In this document: piece by piece, positions 10,246-22,875 of the stretch
Position numbering within the stretch: the stretch's first letter is position 1
Layout of the letters: every line of letters begins with the position of its first letter
Assembly (NCBI GenBank): GCA_963748825.1
Contig: CAVVKN010000022.1
Coordinates: forward strand, 146,056-210,055
Source: Methanotrichaceae archaeon
GTDB taxonomy: Archaea > Halobacteriota > Methanosarcinia > Methanotrichales > Methanotrichaceae
Direction of reading: 5' to 3'
Length of the DNA: 64,000 nt
Program-made: the position numbers and the translations under genes
Notes under the pieces: generated by a model
Told to the model about the DNA's origin: nothing
The model's input: the letters and a program-made list of their open reading frames with translations, nothing else
Database searches by the model: none

Positions 10246-10671
10246 TTAATATTTTCCTAATAATTTTGCCAGGCTCCCGTGCATTGTGTGGATATTGAAG
10301 CCGTGGCTTAGATACATCATGGGGCATTTTCCTGCAATGCATGGCATTTGGAGCTCTGCGCATTTCTGTTTAGCTTGATCTGTCTCCGTCCTCCAGTGGA
10401 TCCAGCATTTTTTGATGCCTTTCTTATTGAGCTCAACAATTGCATTTTCCGTGTTTTCTTTTTTCAGCCCGATAATGGCACAATCGATATCTTGCGGGAG
10501 ATCAGAGATGCTTTGTATCATCTCCTTGTCGGGGCTATCCGACAAATCAACAACATGAACCTTCTTTCCTCTCCGGGCCAATTCGTCTATCGTCAGTTTC
10601 ATGGCCGGTTTGGTCTTATCTGTGACAATCGCATAGCTACTATTTTCCCAGAACGACTCTTGCTCCAGCAT
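10246..10671 (-). CDS. CoA-binding domain (YccU-like) protein
   Basis: Rossmann-like pattern, GIKKCWIH, CPMMYL. Confidence 0.65.
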   Translation of the reverse strand: MLEQESFWENSSYAIVTDKTKPAMKLTIDELARRGKKVHVVDLSDSPDKEMIQSISDLPQDIDCAIIGLKKENTENAIVELNKKGIKKCWIHWRTETDQAKQKCAELQMPCIAGKCPMMYLSHGFNIHTMHGSLAKLLGKY

Positions 10672-10735
10672 ATCGCAACACTCCGTTCATAGAAATTGGA
10701 ACTCAAAGTATAAAAATAAGGCCGCAGATGATGCT

Positions 10736-11107
10736 GTGGTGAGAAGTATTCCGCGAGGAAAAACAGGAGAAGACAGCAGCTTGCCTGAAATGCAGGGCGC
10801 CTGGATTATCTTGCAGCCGATTGTTGCAGATATGCAATTGGTGCAGTCAGGTCATCTCGTTAGTGGGACTTATTGCAACGCAGAAGTAAAAGGCACTATC
10901 GAAGGAACTCTTTTTAAGGAGGGAGAGGAAATTATGCTTATAGGAAAATGGGCCGACCAGGTAGGCAGAGGTGGTTTTAGAGTATCCATCGACAATACCA
11001 GTCACAATCATGAAAAAGCCGGGGTTTGCAAAACCATTTTCCAGGGAAATTGGAAGCATTCTAAAAGCCAAAGCTGGGACGGATTGTTTATGGGTGAAAA
11101 GAGATGA
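10736..11107 (+). CDS. Hypothetical protein (Gly/Trp beta-rich; start uncertain)
   Basis: Open frame with a periodic G-x-W pattern. Confidence 0.5.
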   Translation: MVRSIPRGKTGEDSSLPEMQGAWIILQPIVADMQLVQSGHLVSGTYCNAEVKGTIEGTLFKEGEEIMLIGKWADQVGRGGFRVSIDNTSHNHEKAGVCKTIFQGNWKHSKSQSWDGLFMGEKR

Positions 11108-11670
11108 ACCGTCAGGTGCAAGAGAGAGTGAAATAGGGGATCTCTGGGCCCAAATTTTTGATCATGATTGAATTCTGAAGGCATATATTGGCTCAGACAA
11201 GCCTCTTTTCGAACTTTTACGGTCGTAGCTTTGAAAAGACAGCGGGGACTGAGACTCTCAACTTGCCATTGAACTTGCTACGCGAAGGCAGATTGATGAC
11301 TGATTAGCCTGCAGTGTGTTTGGCAGGATATTCATGACTTTCAGACGGCAAATATTTAGGATATGAATTACATACATGTACATAATTTTTAATACATGAC
11401 CGATTCCTTTTGCCAATTCTTATGCCAATTCCCTGCGTGCTTAAAGGCTAACAACAAGCTAAATCGGGACTTGACCAATCATTACTTAAATGTCATTACT
11501 TATTGTCAGTATTTATCTATAGAATGCTAACTACCAAAAGCTTTTTCGTTAAGTCTTCAAATATAATGATATGATCTAACAATGGGAGGGATAAGATCGA
11601 GGCAATTGATCATGCGGAAGGCGGCAAGAGCCCATCTTTTCGCACTGCAGTCATCCTGGCCGTCACAATT

Positions 11671-14607
11671 TTGACGGTCTTTTTGGCAGTGCTGGCCTTT
11701 GTTAAGGACAGAGATGTGCTGCTTCCGATTTTGGATGCAATTACGATTGTGAGCAGTGGACTGGCTGCGGCTAGCATGCTGCTTACAGCGCAGCATTCTC
11801 AGGGAAGATCCAAAAAGGCCTGGACGCTATTAGCTGCAGCTCTGGTCTTCAATGCCTTTGGGGAAGCTTCCTGGGCTGTAATCGAGGTCGTCCTCCATCA
11901 AAATCCATTCCCTTCAGTAGCTGACATTGGCTACCTTGCGTTCTATCCTCTTTTTGCTATAGGCATCCTCCTCTTGCCTGAGGGACCTCTTTCTCCCCGG
12001 GATAAGCAAAAAAATCTTCTGGATGCGGCAATCGTTATCGTATCAGCAGCTCTGGTATTCTGGGTCTTCCTTATCGACCCGATTGTTGCTTCCACCAAAG
12101 GGATTACTATTAAATTGCTTTTCGCGGCAGCCTATACGATCATGGATCTGATTCTGTTCTTTGCTCTAATGGGGCTTCTCTTCAGAAAGCTCAATTCACT
12201 TGGACGTGATCCTGCCCTCATTCTGGCCCTTAGCTTGATCATCTTTTTAACGACCGATGCCATCTTCACCATTCAGACAAATCAGGGAACTTTTATCTCT
12301 GGCAGCTTCCTCGATACAGGCTGGCTGATAACCTATTTGTTGATAGGATTGGCAGGAGTGCTGCAGACAAACTCTCTTCCTTTTGAACCGCTGGGTGTAT
12401 TGGGCCCCATTCAGAGCAAAAGAGATGAATGGGTTCATTTCTTGCCTTACCTGGGAATTGGGGCAGCATTTTCCCTTCTCATCTGGGGTTATGAATACTC
12501 GCACTTAATCAATTATTCCGGCCTGGCTGCGTCGGTCGGGCTCATCATTGTGTTGATGTTCATCCGCCAGAAGGTGGCCTTTGATGAGCGAAATCAATTG
12601 CTCACCATGACCCTCTCGGAGATTGGGGAGCGAAAGCACGTTGAAGAGTCATTACGTAAATCAGAACAGGAGAAAGCGGCTATCTTGGGAGGCTTAAAAA
12701 ATGTTTCTGTCGAATACCTTGATCCCCTGATGCACATCATCTGGGTTAATACTCTCGTTCAAAGGTCTCTCGGCCTTTCAGAGGATGAAATTAAAGAGAA
12801 GCAATGCTTTAAGGCCATCTACGGCCTCGAAGTGCCCTGTGCAGGTTGCACTGCAGTCAAAGCCCTCCAGAGAGGTGAGTCCCAGGAGGGGGAATTAGTT
12901 ACTCCTGACGGCAAGACCTGGCTGTCTCGAAGTAGCCCCCTCAGGGATGCCGATGAAAAGATCACGGGAGCGGTTCATGTCGCTCTAGACATCAGCGAAC
13001 GCAAAAGTGCAGAGAGCGCCTTAAAAGAGTCAGAACGCCGGCTAGCGAACATCATAAACTTTCTGCCCGATGCTACCTTTGTTATCAACAAAGAGGGCAG
13101 AGTGATAGCCTGGAACCGGGCCATCGAGAAGCTGACCGGCACCAAGGCCGAGCAGATGCTGGGCAAGGGAGACTATGAATATGCACTGCCTTTTTACGGT
13201 GAGCGTAGGCCGATCCTCATAGATATGACTGTAAAGTACGATCCAGCTTTTGATGAGAAATATGAAATTATAAAAAGGCAAGAAGACGGCTCCATCGTTG
13301 GAGAATCCTACATGCCCAGGCTGAAAGATGGGGAAGCATACCTCCTGGGAAGCGCATCGGCGCTTTACGACTCTGACGGAAATTACTGGGGAGCGATCGA
13401 ATCGATACGCGATATAACCGATCGACGGCATGCTGAGGAAGAGCTGAAAAGGTCCAAGGAGGAAGCTGAATTCGCCACGCGTGCCAAGTCCGAATTCCTG
13501 GCCAACATGAGTCATGAGATTCGCACGCCTATGAATGCCGTTATAGGCTTGACAGGTCTTCTATTGGATGAGAATCTCACAGCGAGGCAGAGGGAGTACA
13601 TTGAAATTATTCACAGCAGCGGGGACACACTGCTCGCTATCATAAATAACATCCTTGATCTCACAAAAATCGAAGCTAATATGGTTGAGCTGGAGTGCCA
13701 GCCGATCGACCTGCAAAGCTGCATTGAGGCGGCCATGGATCTTGTGGCGGCTGCAGCCGCTGATAAGGGGCTAAACACAACTTGCACGATACAAGACGGC
13801 ACTCCAAAGTTGATTTTGGGCGATCCTACCAGGCTCAGCCAGATCATAATAAATTTACTCCATAATGCCGTGAAGTTCACGAAAAAAGGTGGAGTTGCAA
13901 TCACGGTCTCCAGCATAAAGCTTGAAGGAGATAACCATGAAATCCATTTTGCCGTAAAAGATACGGGAATTGGAATTCCTGAAGAGAAGATAGGCCGCCT
14001 GTTCCAGTCCTTCAGTCAAATCGATGCCTCGACTGCGCGCAGATACGGCGGCACTGGTCTCGGACTGGCCATAAGCAAAAAACTCGTGGAGATGATGGGC
14101 GGAAAAATATGGGCAGAAAGTGAGGCCGGCAAAGGTTCCACATTTCATTTCACCATCCCGGCAAAAACAACCCTTTGTGAGCCAATCGATATCTTTAAGC
14201 CTGCTTCTTTAGCGGTCAGTGATCAGCAAGGTCAACTGGACCACGACCTGAGCATACTGCTTGCAGAAGATAATACAGTCAACCAGATTGTGGCTAAGAA
14301 GATGCTTAAAAAGCTGGGGTATCGGGCGGATGTGGCCGCCAATGGCATAGAGGTTTTGCAGGCCCTGGAGCGCCAGCATTACGATGTTGTTTTCATGGAT
14401 GTACAGATGCCGGAGATGGACGGCCTGGATGCCACAAAGGCAATACGACAAAGATGGCAAAAAGGGCCTAAGATCATCGCTATGACGGCATCAGCTCTCA
14501 AAGGCGATCGAGAGATGTGTTTGGCGGCAGGAATGGATGGATACATAAGCAAGCCCACAAAGATGGAAGCGCTAAGGGCTGCTCTGGTGGCTTGCAGCAA
14601 AGGATGA
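11671..14607 (+). CDS. Membrane-bound hybrid histidine kinase (multi-TM, 2 PAS, HisKA, HATPase, REC)
   Basis: [13 protein letters not shown]-box, [26 protein letters not shown]; frame is open back to about 11575, so the start is uncertain. Confidence 0.93.
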   Translation: MTVFLAVLAFVKDRDVLLPILDAITIVSSGLAAASMLLTAQHSQGRSKKAWTLLAAALVFNAFGEASWAVIEVVLHQNPFPSVADIGYLAFYPLFAIGILLLPEGPLSPRDKQKNLLDAAIVIVSAALVFWVFLIDPIVASTKGITIKLLFAAAYTIMDLILFFALMGLLFRKLNSLGRDPALILALSLIIFLTTDAIFTIQTNQGTFISGSFLDTGWLITYLLIGLAGVLQTNSLPFEPLGVLGPIQSKRDEWVHFLPYLGIGAAFSLLIWGYEYSHLINYSGLAASVGLIIVLMFIRQKVAFDERNQLLTMTLSEIGERKHVEESLRKSEQEKAAILGGLKNVSVEYLDPLMHIIWVNTLVQRSLGLSEDEIKEKQCFKAIYGLEVPCAGCTAVKALQRGESQEGELVTPDGKTWLSRSSPLRDADEKITGAVHVALDISERKSAESALKESERRLANIINFLPDATFVINKEGRVIAWNRAIEKLTGTKAEQMLGKGDYEYALPFYGERRPILIDMTVKYDPAFDEKYEIIKRQEDGSIVGESYMPRLKDGEAYLLGSASALYDSDGNYWGAIESIRDITDRRHAEEELKRSKEEAEFATRAKSEFLANMSHEIRTPMNAVIGLTGLLLDENLTARQREYIEIIHSSGDTLLAIINNILDLTKIEANMVELECQPIDLQSCIEAAMDLVAAAAADKGLNTTCTIQDGTPKLILGDPTRLSQIIINLLHNAVKFTKKGGVAITVSSIKLEGDNHEIHFAVKDTGIGIPEEKIGRLFQSFSQIDASTARRYGGTGLGLAISKKLVEMMGGKIWAESEAGKGSTFHFTIPAKTTLCEPIDIFKPASLAVSDQQGQLDHDLSILLAEDNTVNQIVAKKMLKKLGYRADVAANGIEVLQALERQHYDVVFMDVQMPEMDGLDATKAIRQRWQKGPKIIAMTASALKGDREMCLAAGMDGYISKPTKMEALRAALVACSKG

Positions 14608-14627
14608 TGGATATCATGAGGCTTAAG

Positions 14628-15500
14628 ATGCAGATAACTGATCACGTTCATGCCCTGAAAATCCCATTTCAGATAACCGATCCGTCCGGCCAGGAAATTG
14701 CCAGATTCGTTTATGCCTTTCTTATCTACGGCCAGAAGATCTACCTTATCGACAGCGGAGTTGCCTCTTCAGAGAAGATTATTCTGGACTATCTGAAAAC
14801 AACCGGCCGAAGCCCGCAGGAAATCTCCCGGCTCATACTCACCCACGCTCACCCCGATCATATTGGCGCAGCCCGGGCCATAAAGAGCATATGCGGCTGC
14901 ACCGTGGCCGCCCATGCTGCAGAAAAGGCATGGATAGAGGATGTGGACCTGCAGGCGAAAGAGCGCCCCGTTCCCGGCTTCTTCTCCCTTGTGGGCGGAT
15001 CGGTCAAGGTTGACCAAACATTGCAGGAAGGAGACATCCTGCATCTGGAGGGCGATCTCACATTGCAGGTGCTGCACACTCCCGGCCACTCTCCCGGTTC
15101 TATCTCCTTATGGCTGGCTGAAGATGGCGCTCTCTTCTCTGCCGATGCGATTCCTATTGCCGGAGATATGCCCATCTATCAGGACATCCTGGCATCCGTC
15201 CGCTCCATTGAGAAGCTTGCCTCCATCCCGAAAATCAAGCTCCTCTTAGCGGCCTGGGATGAACCAAGATCGGGAAGCGAAGCTTATCGCATTATGGATG
15301 AAGGGCTGCAATATCTTCAGAGAATTCATAGTGCAGCCCTTTTGCTGGCTGGGGCAAATCCAGGCATCAGTCCCATGGAGCTAAGTCGGCGCACTCTTGA
15401 ACAGTTGGGCCTGCCCCAGATCATGGCCAATCCTCTGGTGGCCGCATCTTTTCAGGCCAGCTTAAAAGCAGGAGATAAGCAGGACCTCCTCAGTATCTGA
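14628..15500 (+). CDS. MBL-fold metallo-hydrolase
   Basis: THAHPDHIG and HTPGHSPG motifs; start could be 14604. Confidence 0.9.
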   Translation: MQITDHVHALKIPFQITDPSGQEIARFVYAFLIYGQKIYLIDSGVASSEKIILDYLKTTGRSPQEISRLILTHAHPDHIGAARAIKSICGCTVAAHAAEKAWIEDVDLQAKERPVPGFFSLVGGSVKVDQTLQEGDILHLEGDLTLQVLHTPGHSPGSISLWLAEDGALFSADAIPIAGDMPIYQDILASVRSIEKLASIPKIKLLLAAWDEPRSGSEAYRIMDEGLQYLQRIHSAALLLAGANPGISPMELSRRTLEQLGLPQIMANPLVAASFQASLKAGDKQDLLSI

Positions 15501-15517
15501 GCCAGGAAAGATGCAGC

Positions 15518-15868
15518 ATGAATCCAACATATGAAGACGAGGAGAAAATAATCTGGCTAAAAGATCATGATGCTCTGACCAGGATGGGCTACGTGCGGGA
15601 GAGATGGTTGCTCTGCCCCATTCGCACCGGCCCGGTCAAAACTCCACAGGGCGAGATGCTCATAGGCTATTCTGTCTTGAAGAAGACTGCCGCCAAAATC
15701 GATGAAAGGGGCTTTTGCAGAAGGATCTTCACTCTGCTACCCGAGGATCGATTCTGCGATACCAATGGAATCTTCAAGGATTATGCGCCGCTTGATGCCG
15801 TCGATCCGCTCTTGGTAGTGGCAGAAAAGCCCAGCCGAAGGCTTATGGGTGCAAATAAAAATGAATAG
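15518..15868 (+). CDS. DUF6009-like protein
   Basis: Pattern E-x-I-I-W-L...YVRE...IGYSVL...RRIF-x-LLPEDR...AP-x-DAVDP resembles the actinobacterial DUF6009 family (recalled, not searched). Confidence 0.65.
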   Translation: MNPTYEDEEKIIWLKDHDALTRMGYVRERWLLCPIRTGPVKTPQGEMLIGYSVLKKTAAKIDERGFCRRIFTLLPEDRFCDTNGIFKDYAPLDAVDPLLVVAEKPSRRLMGANKNE

Positions 15869-15955
15869 GCGACATAGCTCAATTGGTGTCCCTTCAACCG
15901 CAAAGATAAAAGCTCGCAGCACTATGATAAAAGCAAGACCGTAGGGAGAGACGAG

Positions 15956-17029
15956 ATGCCCATTAAGCTACGCATTGCCACCTTCAACCTTATGAACCTG
16001 GACGACCGGCGCGACCAATATCCAAGCCTTGAGGAACGTATACCCATCCTGCGACCCCAGTTGGTTCGCCTGGATGCAGACATTCTCTGTTTGCAGGAGG
16101 TCTGCGGACAGCATGAGCGCGGCAGAAAGAAGCGTCTGGATGCCATGAACCGCCTCCTGGAATGCACGCCTTACGAGGGCTACAAGAGAGTCAACACCAT
16201 CGATCCGGATACAAAAGAGGTCTTTGAGCATCACAACCTGGTCATACTCAGCCGCTATGATATTGTGGAGCACGACCAGTATCTGCACGAGTATGCCCCC
16301 TCGCCGCGCTACAAGAAGGTTACGGCGATTCCGGAGGAGAGCGAGGCGAAAGAAATCTCCTGGGAGAGGCCCATTTTGCACGCGAAAGTGCAATTGCCCA
16401 ACAACATGGTGGTGGATGTGATCAACCTGCATCTCAAGAGCCGCCGGCCCACCAACATCCAGGGGCACAAACTGAGCGATCGCACCTGGAAGACGGCCTC
16501 GGGCTGGGCGGAGGGTGTTTTTATCTCAAGCATGAAGCGCATCGGCCAGAGTCTGGAGACGCGCATTCTCATCGACAATCTCTTCGATGAAGACCCGTGT
16601 GCTCTGATCGCCGTCTGCGGTGATTTCAATGAGGAGTTTGATGAGGTTTCCATCGAAGCCATCCGGGGCGACGTGGAAAATACAGGCAACATGGACCTGG
16701 CCATGCGGGTCATGGTGCCCACGGAGAGGAACATCCCAGAACCGGCTCGCTACTCGCTGCTGCATAACGGCAAGGGGAAGATGCTGGACCACATCCTGGT
16801 ATCAAGGACCATGCTGGCCTACTTCAAGGGTTCCGAAGTGCACAACGAGCTATTGCATGACGAATCCATAGTCTTCGCCTCCAGGATCTTCTATCCCGAG
16901 TCGGACCACGCTCCGGTGATCGCCCGCTTCGAGATGCCGGAGACGAAGATCAATTGGTCCAGGGAGGCGGTGGACTCAGGGCAGAAGGGCACCAGTTGCA
17001 TCAAGAGTGGGAAAGGGAAGTGCCAATAG
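15956..17029 (+). CDS. Endonuclease/exonuclease/phosphatase (EEP) family protein
   Basis: ATFNL, LQEV, HLKS, GDFN, LDHILVS and SDHAP motifs. Confidence 0.92.
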   Translation: MPIKLRIATFNLMNLDDRRDQYPSLEERIPILRPQLVRLDADILCLQEVCGQHERGRKKRLDAMNRLLECTPYEGYKRVNTIDPDTKEVFEHHNLVILSRYDIVEHDQYLHEYAPSPRYKKVTAIPEESEAKEISWERPILHAKVQLPNNMVVDVINLHLKSRRPTNIQGHKLSDRTWKTASGWAEGVFISSMKRIGQSLETRILIDNLFDEDPCALIAVCGDFNEEFDEVSIEAIRGDVENTGNMDLAMRVMVPTERNIPEPARYSLLHNGKGKMLDHILVSRTMLAYFKGSEVHNELLHDESIVFASRIFYPESDHAPVIARFEMPETKINWSREAVDSGQKGTSCIKSGKGKCQ

Positions 17030-17418
17030 CGGTCATACTCTCATCCGCTCTAATTTTTTAAAATGGGCAATTGAATAGAAATTTCGGTATTTGCTAATTA
17101 GTCCGCACCTTTATCGACAATTTGAATCGGAAGCTCTGATAGAGGACTTCGAATATCTTTGCATTGGCAGTCTCTGAAGAAAACTGCGTCAATATTTGCG
17201 ATCTAAACACTCATCTTTTTGCGCACCCCTCCAAAATGCCAGATCTGGAGGTTGCACCTGCGGGATATGAGTTATATTTTGTCTGTTCTATAATGTCAAT
17301 TCTCTCATGCGAATATAAATCTTATCCAACGCATTTTAGGGGAAAATTATTTATCACTAATAGTCATAACCGCTGAAGGTTAGAATAAAAATTCCGATTC
17401 ACAGAACTACTAAAACAC

Positions 17419-20400
17419 ATGTCGTCTTTTCCGGGACAAGAAATGCAATTCAATGACGCACTACAGAAACTCAGCCAACTTCGCGCTCAATTAGATGATC
17501 TCAGAACCAAAAGCCAACTAGACCCAGCTTGCCTATCAGGGAAGCTATCCGATGCTTCCTTAGAGCTGCAAGCTATCGAAAGATTGCTTGAAGAGAAACG
17601 CGGCGCAGAAAGCTTGAAGATATCTATTCCTGAGAAAATGCTCATCACCCAGGATTTTCTGGAAAAGATAATCAATTCCATTGGAGATCCAATATTTGTC
17701 AGCGACGGGCAGCACAGATATTTATTTGTCAATGCTGCCAAGTACAGGTTCACCAATCTCGAGCCGGAGGATATAATCGGCAAGACATGTTACGATTTTT
17801 TCCCCAAAGAGCAGGCAGACATTTTCTGGGAAAAGGATGAAGAGGTCTTTTCCACAGGAAGAGAGAACGTAAATGAAGAATCTGTGACAGATGGTCAGGG
17901 CAATGTTCGAACCCTGATCACCAAGAAGACTGTTTACAAAGATAGGGCCGGCAATGAGTTTCTGGTAGGCATTGCCAGGGACATCACAGAGCGCAAAAAG
18001 ATGGAGGAGCAGCTAAAAAGGGCCCATGATGAAATGGAGAAGAGAGTCCTTGAGAGAACCGCAGAATTAGAAAAAGCCAACCAGGCCTTAACTGATACCA
18101 GAGACTCCCTGGAAAAAATAGTTAATTCTATTGGCGATCCGATTCATGTCAAGGACAGGAAGCACAGGGTAATTCTGGTCAACGATGCAGCTTGCAAGCT
18201 CTTCGGCCGCTCAAGAGATGAAATTTTGGGCAGGACCGCTTATGAACTGTTCCCCTCTCGAGAGATGGCAGAAATCTCCTGGCATAAAGACGAAGAGGTA
18301 TTTGCCACGGGAGAAGAGAACGTAAACGAGGAAACGAATACCTACGCTCCCGGCGTGACTTGCACCGTCCTGGTTAAAAAGACGCTCTATAAAGACAAAG
18401 CAGGAAATGAGTTTCTAGTGGGAGTGACCAGAGATATCACCGACCGCAAGCGGGCCGAGGAGGTGCTTCGGGAGAGCGAGGAGGGCTACCGGCAGCTATC
18501 CGAGGACATGCCGGCGTTCGTTTCGGCGTTTCTTCCCGACGGCACTTTGACCTATCTAAATAAGCCTCTGGCGGCATGGGACGACCGAGATCCCGCCGAG
18601 ATGATCGGGAGGAACTTCTACGATTTCCTGTCCCCCGCCGACCAGGAAATGGTCAGAGCAATTCTTGGCGCGCTTACACCAAAGCAGCCCCTTGAGACCC
18701 ACGTGCAACGATATCTGATGCCGGACGGCAGAGTGCTCTACCACGAGTGGACCAACCGGGCCTTTTTTAATGAGGCAGGCCAGCCCACCCGCTATCAAGC
18801 CGTCGGGTTGGACATCACTGAGCGCAAGCAGGCCGAGGAGGCGCTGATTGAGAGCGAGAAAAAGTATAGCCTGCTGATAAACAATGCTAACGAATCAATC
18901 CTCGTCGCGCAAGATGGCCTGTTCAAGTTTGTCAATCCCGCGACGCTTGGCCTGTTGGGGGTGCATTCGGAGCATGAACTCATTGACAGACCATTTCCCA
19001 AATTCATCCACCCGGATGATCGGAGCATGGTGGTTGAAAATTACCGTCGACGGATCACAAGCGAGGCCACACCGCCCCGGTACGCCTTCAGAGTGGTTAC
19101 TCCGGAAGGCATTGTCAAGTGGGTTGAAATCAATGCGACCTTGATTGAATGGCAAGGCAAACCAGCCACGTTGAATTTCCTCATCGACATGACTGAGCGC
19201 AAGCAGACGGAGGAAGCTCTTTTAGAATCGGAACAGCGCTTAATGGACATTATTGATTTTCTGCCCGATGCGACCTTCGTCATCGACAGAGAGGGAAAGG
19301 TGGTAGCCTGGAACAGGGCCATCGAGGCCATGACCGGCATCCCGTCCGAGGATATGATCGGAAAAGGCGATTATGAGTACGCATTGCCCTTTTATGGAAC
19401 CCGCAGGCCTATACTGATCGATCTGGTTTTAAAAGCCGACCGAGAGGCCGAGAGCAAGTATGATCATATTGAGAAGAAAGGAAGAGCTCTCATGGGAGAA
19501 GCCTACATGCCCAACATGAGGGGCAGAATTGTCTATCTCGTAGGCAGCGCCACGGTTCTCTACGATCCGCAGGGAGATGTCTTTGGTGCCATAGAGTCCA
19601 TCCGCGACATCACAGAGAGCAAGCAGGCCGAAGACAGACTGATTGAGGCAAAAGAGGCAGCAGAAGCAGCAGTCAGGTCCAAATCCGAATTCTTGGCCAA
19701 CATGAGCCACGAGATCAGAACGCCCCTCAATGCCGTAGTGGGTCTGACCGGATTGCTCCTGGAAGCGGACTTGACTGCGCAAGAGAGGGATTATGTAGAG
19801 ACGGTGAGAAGCTCCGGCAACTCCTTGCTCTCGGTTATAAATGACATACTGGACTTTTCCAAGATTGAGGGAGACAAGATGGAGCTTGAGAGTCACCCCT
19901 TCAATCTGCAGGAATGCATTTTTGTGGCGGTAGATCTGGTAAAAGCAGAAGCAGAGAAAAAAGGGCTGGCAATAAAATACTGCCTGGATGAAGCGATTCC
20001 GGCATACTTCAAAGGAGATGTCACCAGGCTTCGTCAGGTATTGGTCAACCTGCTGAGCAATGCTGTCAAATTCACGCAAGCTGGAACAATAGAGATCTCT
20101 GTGACAGCAAAGCCGATACAGACCACAAATAGCCGACAATATGAGCTTCATTTTTCCGTTATAGATACCGGTATTGGAATTCCTGAGGAAAAGACGGACC
20201 GGCTATTTCAATCGTTCTCCCAGATAGATTCCACCATCACACGCAAGTACGGCGGAACCGGCCTGGGCCTGGCCATCAGCCGCAGGCTGGTGGAGCTGAT
20301 GGGCGGTGAGATTTGGGTGGTCAGCCAGCCGGGATTGGGCTCCACCTTCCATTTTACAATTATAGCCGAGGAGGCGGAGGAAATATCGATTCCCGTCGAT

Positions 20401-20811
20401 TCTTGCGCTAAGAAAGCAAAAACGGACGCCAGCCGGAAGAACGCCAGACCGCTGCGCATTTTGCTGGCGGAGGACAATGCCGTCAACCAGAAGGTCGCCA
20501 TTCAGATGCTAAAGCGGCTCGGCTACAGCGCGGATGTGGCCGGCAATGGTCTCGAGGTCTTGCAGGCAATAGAACGCCAGCCCTACGATGTCGTTCTCAT
20601 GGATGTGCAGATGCCGGAGATGGACGGCCTGGTGGCCACGCAAGAGATCCGCAAGCTGTGGCCCAAGGGGCCCAGGATCATAGCCATTACCGCCTACGCC
20701 CTGAAAGGCGACCGGGAACGTTGCCTGGCTGCCGGCATGGACGATTACATCAGCAAGCCCATTGTAATCGAGGATCTGAGAAGGGTTTTAGAGATGGCGA
20801 CTAGAGATTAA
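17419..20811 (+). CDS. Cytoplasmic multi-PAS hybrid histidine kinase
   Basis: Five PAS/PAC units ending in DIT(E/D)RK-like motifs, H-box SHEIRTP, G boxes, REC domain. Confidence 0.94.
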   Translation: MSSFPGQEMQFNDALQKLSQLRAQLDDLRTKSQLDPACLSGKLSDASLELQAIERLLEEKRGAESLKISIPEKMLITQDFLEKIINSIGDPIFVSDGQHRYLFVNAAKYRFTNLEPEDIIGKTCYDFFPKEQADIFWEKDEEVFSTGRENVNEESVTDGQGNVRTLITKKTVYKDRAGNEFLVGIARDITERKKMEEQLKRAHDEMEKRVLERTAELEKANQALTDTRDSLEKIVNSIGDPIHVKDRKHRVILVNDAACKLFGRSRDEILGRTAYELFPSREMAEISWHKDEEVFATGEENVNEETNTYAPGVTCTVLVKKTLYKDKAGNEFLVGVTRDITDRKRAEEVLRESEEGYRQLSEDMPAFVSAFLPDGTLTYLNKPLAAWDDRDPAEMIGRNFYDFLSPADQEMVRAILGALTPKQPLETHVQRYLMPDGRVLYHEWTNRAFFNEAGQPTRYQAVGLDITERKQAEEALIESEKKYSLLINNANESILVAQDGLFKFVNPATLGLLGVHSEHELIDRPFPKFIHPDDRSMVVENYRRRITSEATPPRYAFRVVTPEGIVKWVEINATLIEWQGKPATLNFLIDMTERKQTEEALLESEQRLMDIIDFLPDATFVIDREGKVVAWNRAIEAMTGIPSEDMIGKGDYEYALPFYGTRRPILIDLVLKADREAESKYDHIEKKGRALMGEAYMPNMRGRIVYLVGSATVLYDPQGDVFGAIESIRDITESKQAEDRLIEAKEAAEAAVRSKSEFLANMSHEIRTPLNAVVGLTGLLLEADLTAQERDYVETVRSSGNSLLSVINDILDFSKIEGDKMELESHPFNLQECIFVAVDLVKAEAEKKGLAIKYCLDEAIPAYFKGDVTRLRQVLVNLLSNAVKFTQAGTIEISVTAKPIQTTNSRQYELHFSVIDTGIGIPEEKTDRLFQSFSQIDSTITRKYGGTGLGLAISRRLVELMGGEIWVVSQPGLGSTFHFTIIAEEAEEISIPVDSCAKKAKTDASRKNARPLRILLAEDNAVNQKVAIQMLKRLGYSADVAGNGLEVLQAIERQPYDVVLMDVQMPEMDGLVATQEIRKLWPKGPRIIAITAYALKGDRERCLAAGMDDYISKPIVIEDLRRVLEMATRD

Positions 20812-21155
20812 GTAAGAAACCATTTTTTTTAGCTTGAACGCCAAAATCGTAACCTGAAAAACAGTTGCTGGAGACTCATTATTATGATTATCATCAACTA
20901 TTTGGGATTCTGGGCAGTCGGATACCCCCTTTCCCGTTCCTTCTGCCCACGCGGTAAGGACAAGTCCCCACTCTCCTACCCCGCCGAATAGTCGATTATC
21001 GCCGAAGTAAATAACCCTTTTTTTCATGTAGAGGTTATGTAGATATGATCTAGGTCATTTGTGATTGAGATGAATTGACGCAAATTGGCCAAAGCCAAAT
21101 TTCAGGCATTTGTCGAGCGAATCCTATTTCAACAGTTACTAAAATACGTGTATGT

Positions 21156-22692
21156 ATGGGCAAGCCATTGCATTACAATCGATCACTTAATTTTATAATT
21201 AATTATTATTATATTTTCTCAGATAGGAATATTTAGTTCTACCTGTCTCACTGATCTGGATTATCATCTCAGCAAGCTAAAATATGCTGATTCTTCCGTC
21301 TCTGCCAGACAGAGCTTTCATGGCGGCAGCAGTGCAGAGCTATCCGTAGACAGCAAAGGAAATTATGCCCGGATCTATATCTATCTGGACCCTCCGCTAC
21401 CACTTGAGGATCTTGATCAGCTCAGCATGTGGATATATCCCCAATCAGGCGATGGAACTGTCCAAGTTGAGCTCTATTTTGATGGCGATGAAGACGACGG
21501 CTACGACAGCAAGAATCTCCAGGATGCAAGGCTTCTTTCGCAAAAGAAATCATGCTCGGAGGTGGGAATGTCCAATCATACCTGGAATGAACTGGATGGA
21601 TTTGATCTGGAATATGAGAAGTATAAAGACAAAGACTTCCTCCCAGGAAGCCTTGATGACTGCAAGAGCAGACTGGATGGCAAGAGAATTGTGAAAATTT
21701 ACATCACGATTTATAAGGATAGCAAGGTATCCGATACATCTGCTTTCATCGATTACATTAAGATTGGCGATGAGATAATAAGTTTCGAGCCCCTGGAGGA
21801 GGAGGATGTAAAGGACGGCCCCTCTTCCGCGACCCCGGGAGGCCTGATGACCTACACCATAACTTATGGAAATAATGAACTAGAGCCTGCCGATCTAATC
21901 GTCAAAGAGGATTACGATCCGCTAACGGTATTCATCGAGTCTTATCCGCCACCCGATCCCGGCACCACCAACACCTGGACCTTTCCCAATCTTGCGCCGG
22001 GCGCACACGGTCAGATCGTGATCAAGATGAGGAGCCGCAAGCCCGCCGCCAGGGCCAGCATCGATGGCCACGTTTCCGGCAAGGGATTAGCCTCTACTGA
22101 AGGCATGCTCTCCACAGAGTTTGATAGCTACCTTGTCACAAACAATGTGCATATCATCGCGGGAGAGTTCAACTTCTCGGCATCAGCCACTACCAGAATC
22201 AGGCCTATAATCGGATCGGTCCTGCAATACGGCGAGCATGGAGCAGGCGACTATCAGGCAGAGGAGCAACTGACATACAATTCTGTCAGCATCAACGCAG
22301 AGCGCAACGTCCTTACCGGATTCTCTCCTGCCTTTGTCAACCTCTCTCGAAATTGCATTCCCCTGAGGAGCGAGTGGTCTGCAAAGCTGCGGGCCGAGAA
22401 CGACTACAGAGACATTCGCTGGAGCGATAGATACTACGAGGCTAAGAGCCTCAACCTCAGCTATCGCGCTCAGCTGGGCAAGACCCTCTCCTATCTGGAA
22501 ACAACTGCCCATGTCGAGGGCCTGGCCGACAGAAATGCCCAGTGGCCGGGCGGCTTCAAGGATACGCATCTGGCCGGAAACTTCACATTGGCAGGCAAAG
22601 CCAGATGGAAGTGGGCCAACAGGACCGTAAGCCCGGAGAAGGAGTGGCTGGAGTGCAGCAGCCCGATGGGGCAAGATGGGGAGATGTCTTGA
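21156..22692 (+). CDS. Secreted DUF11-like domain protein; apparent frameshift near 21198 in the signal peptide
   Basis: Main frame is open from 21199 (LIIIIFSQIGIFSS...); ATG 21156 lies in the adjacent frame; TYTITYGN motif. The ORF track starts at 21427. Confidence 0.65.
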
Positions 22693-22875
22693 TCCATGAA
22701 TATTAAAAATGCGAGAGCCGGAAATAACAAGAGCGGCACAGCAAATACAGAAAGCGCACAGCGCACCGCATTACTGGCCAAGAGAGATGAGGGCAAATGT
22801 GGTGAGTGCGAAGGCGGAAAATGTATACGCCCTCACTCTCAAATATCTCCAAGACATCTTGTGCAAAGAGGCCGT

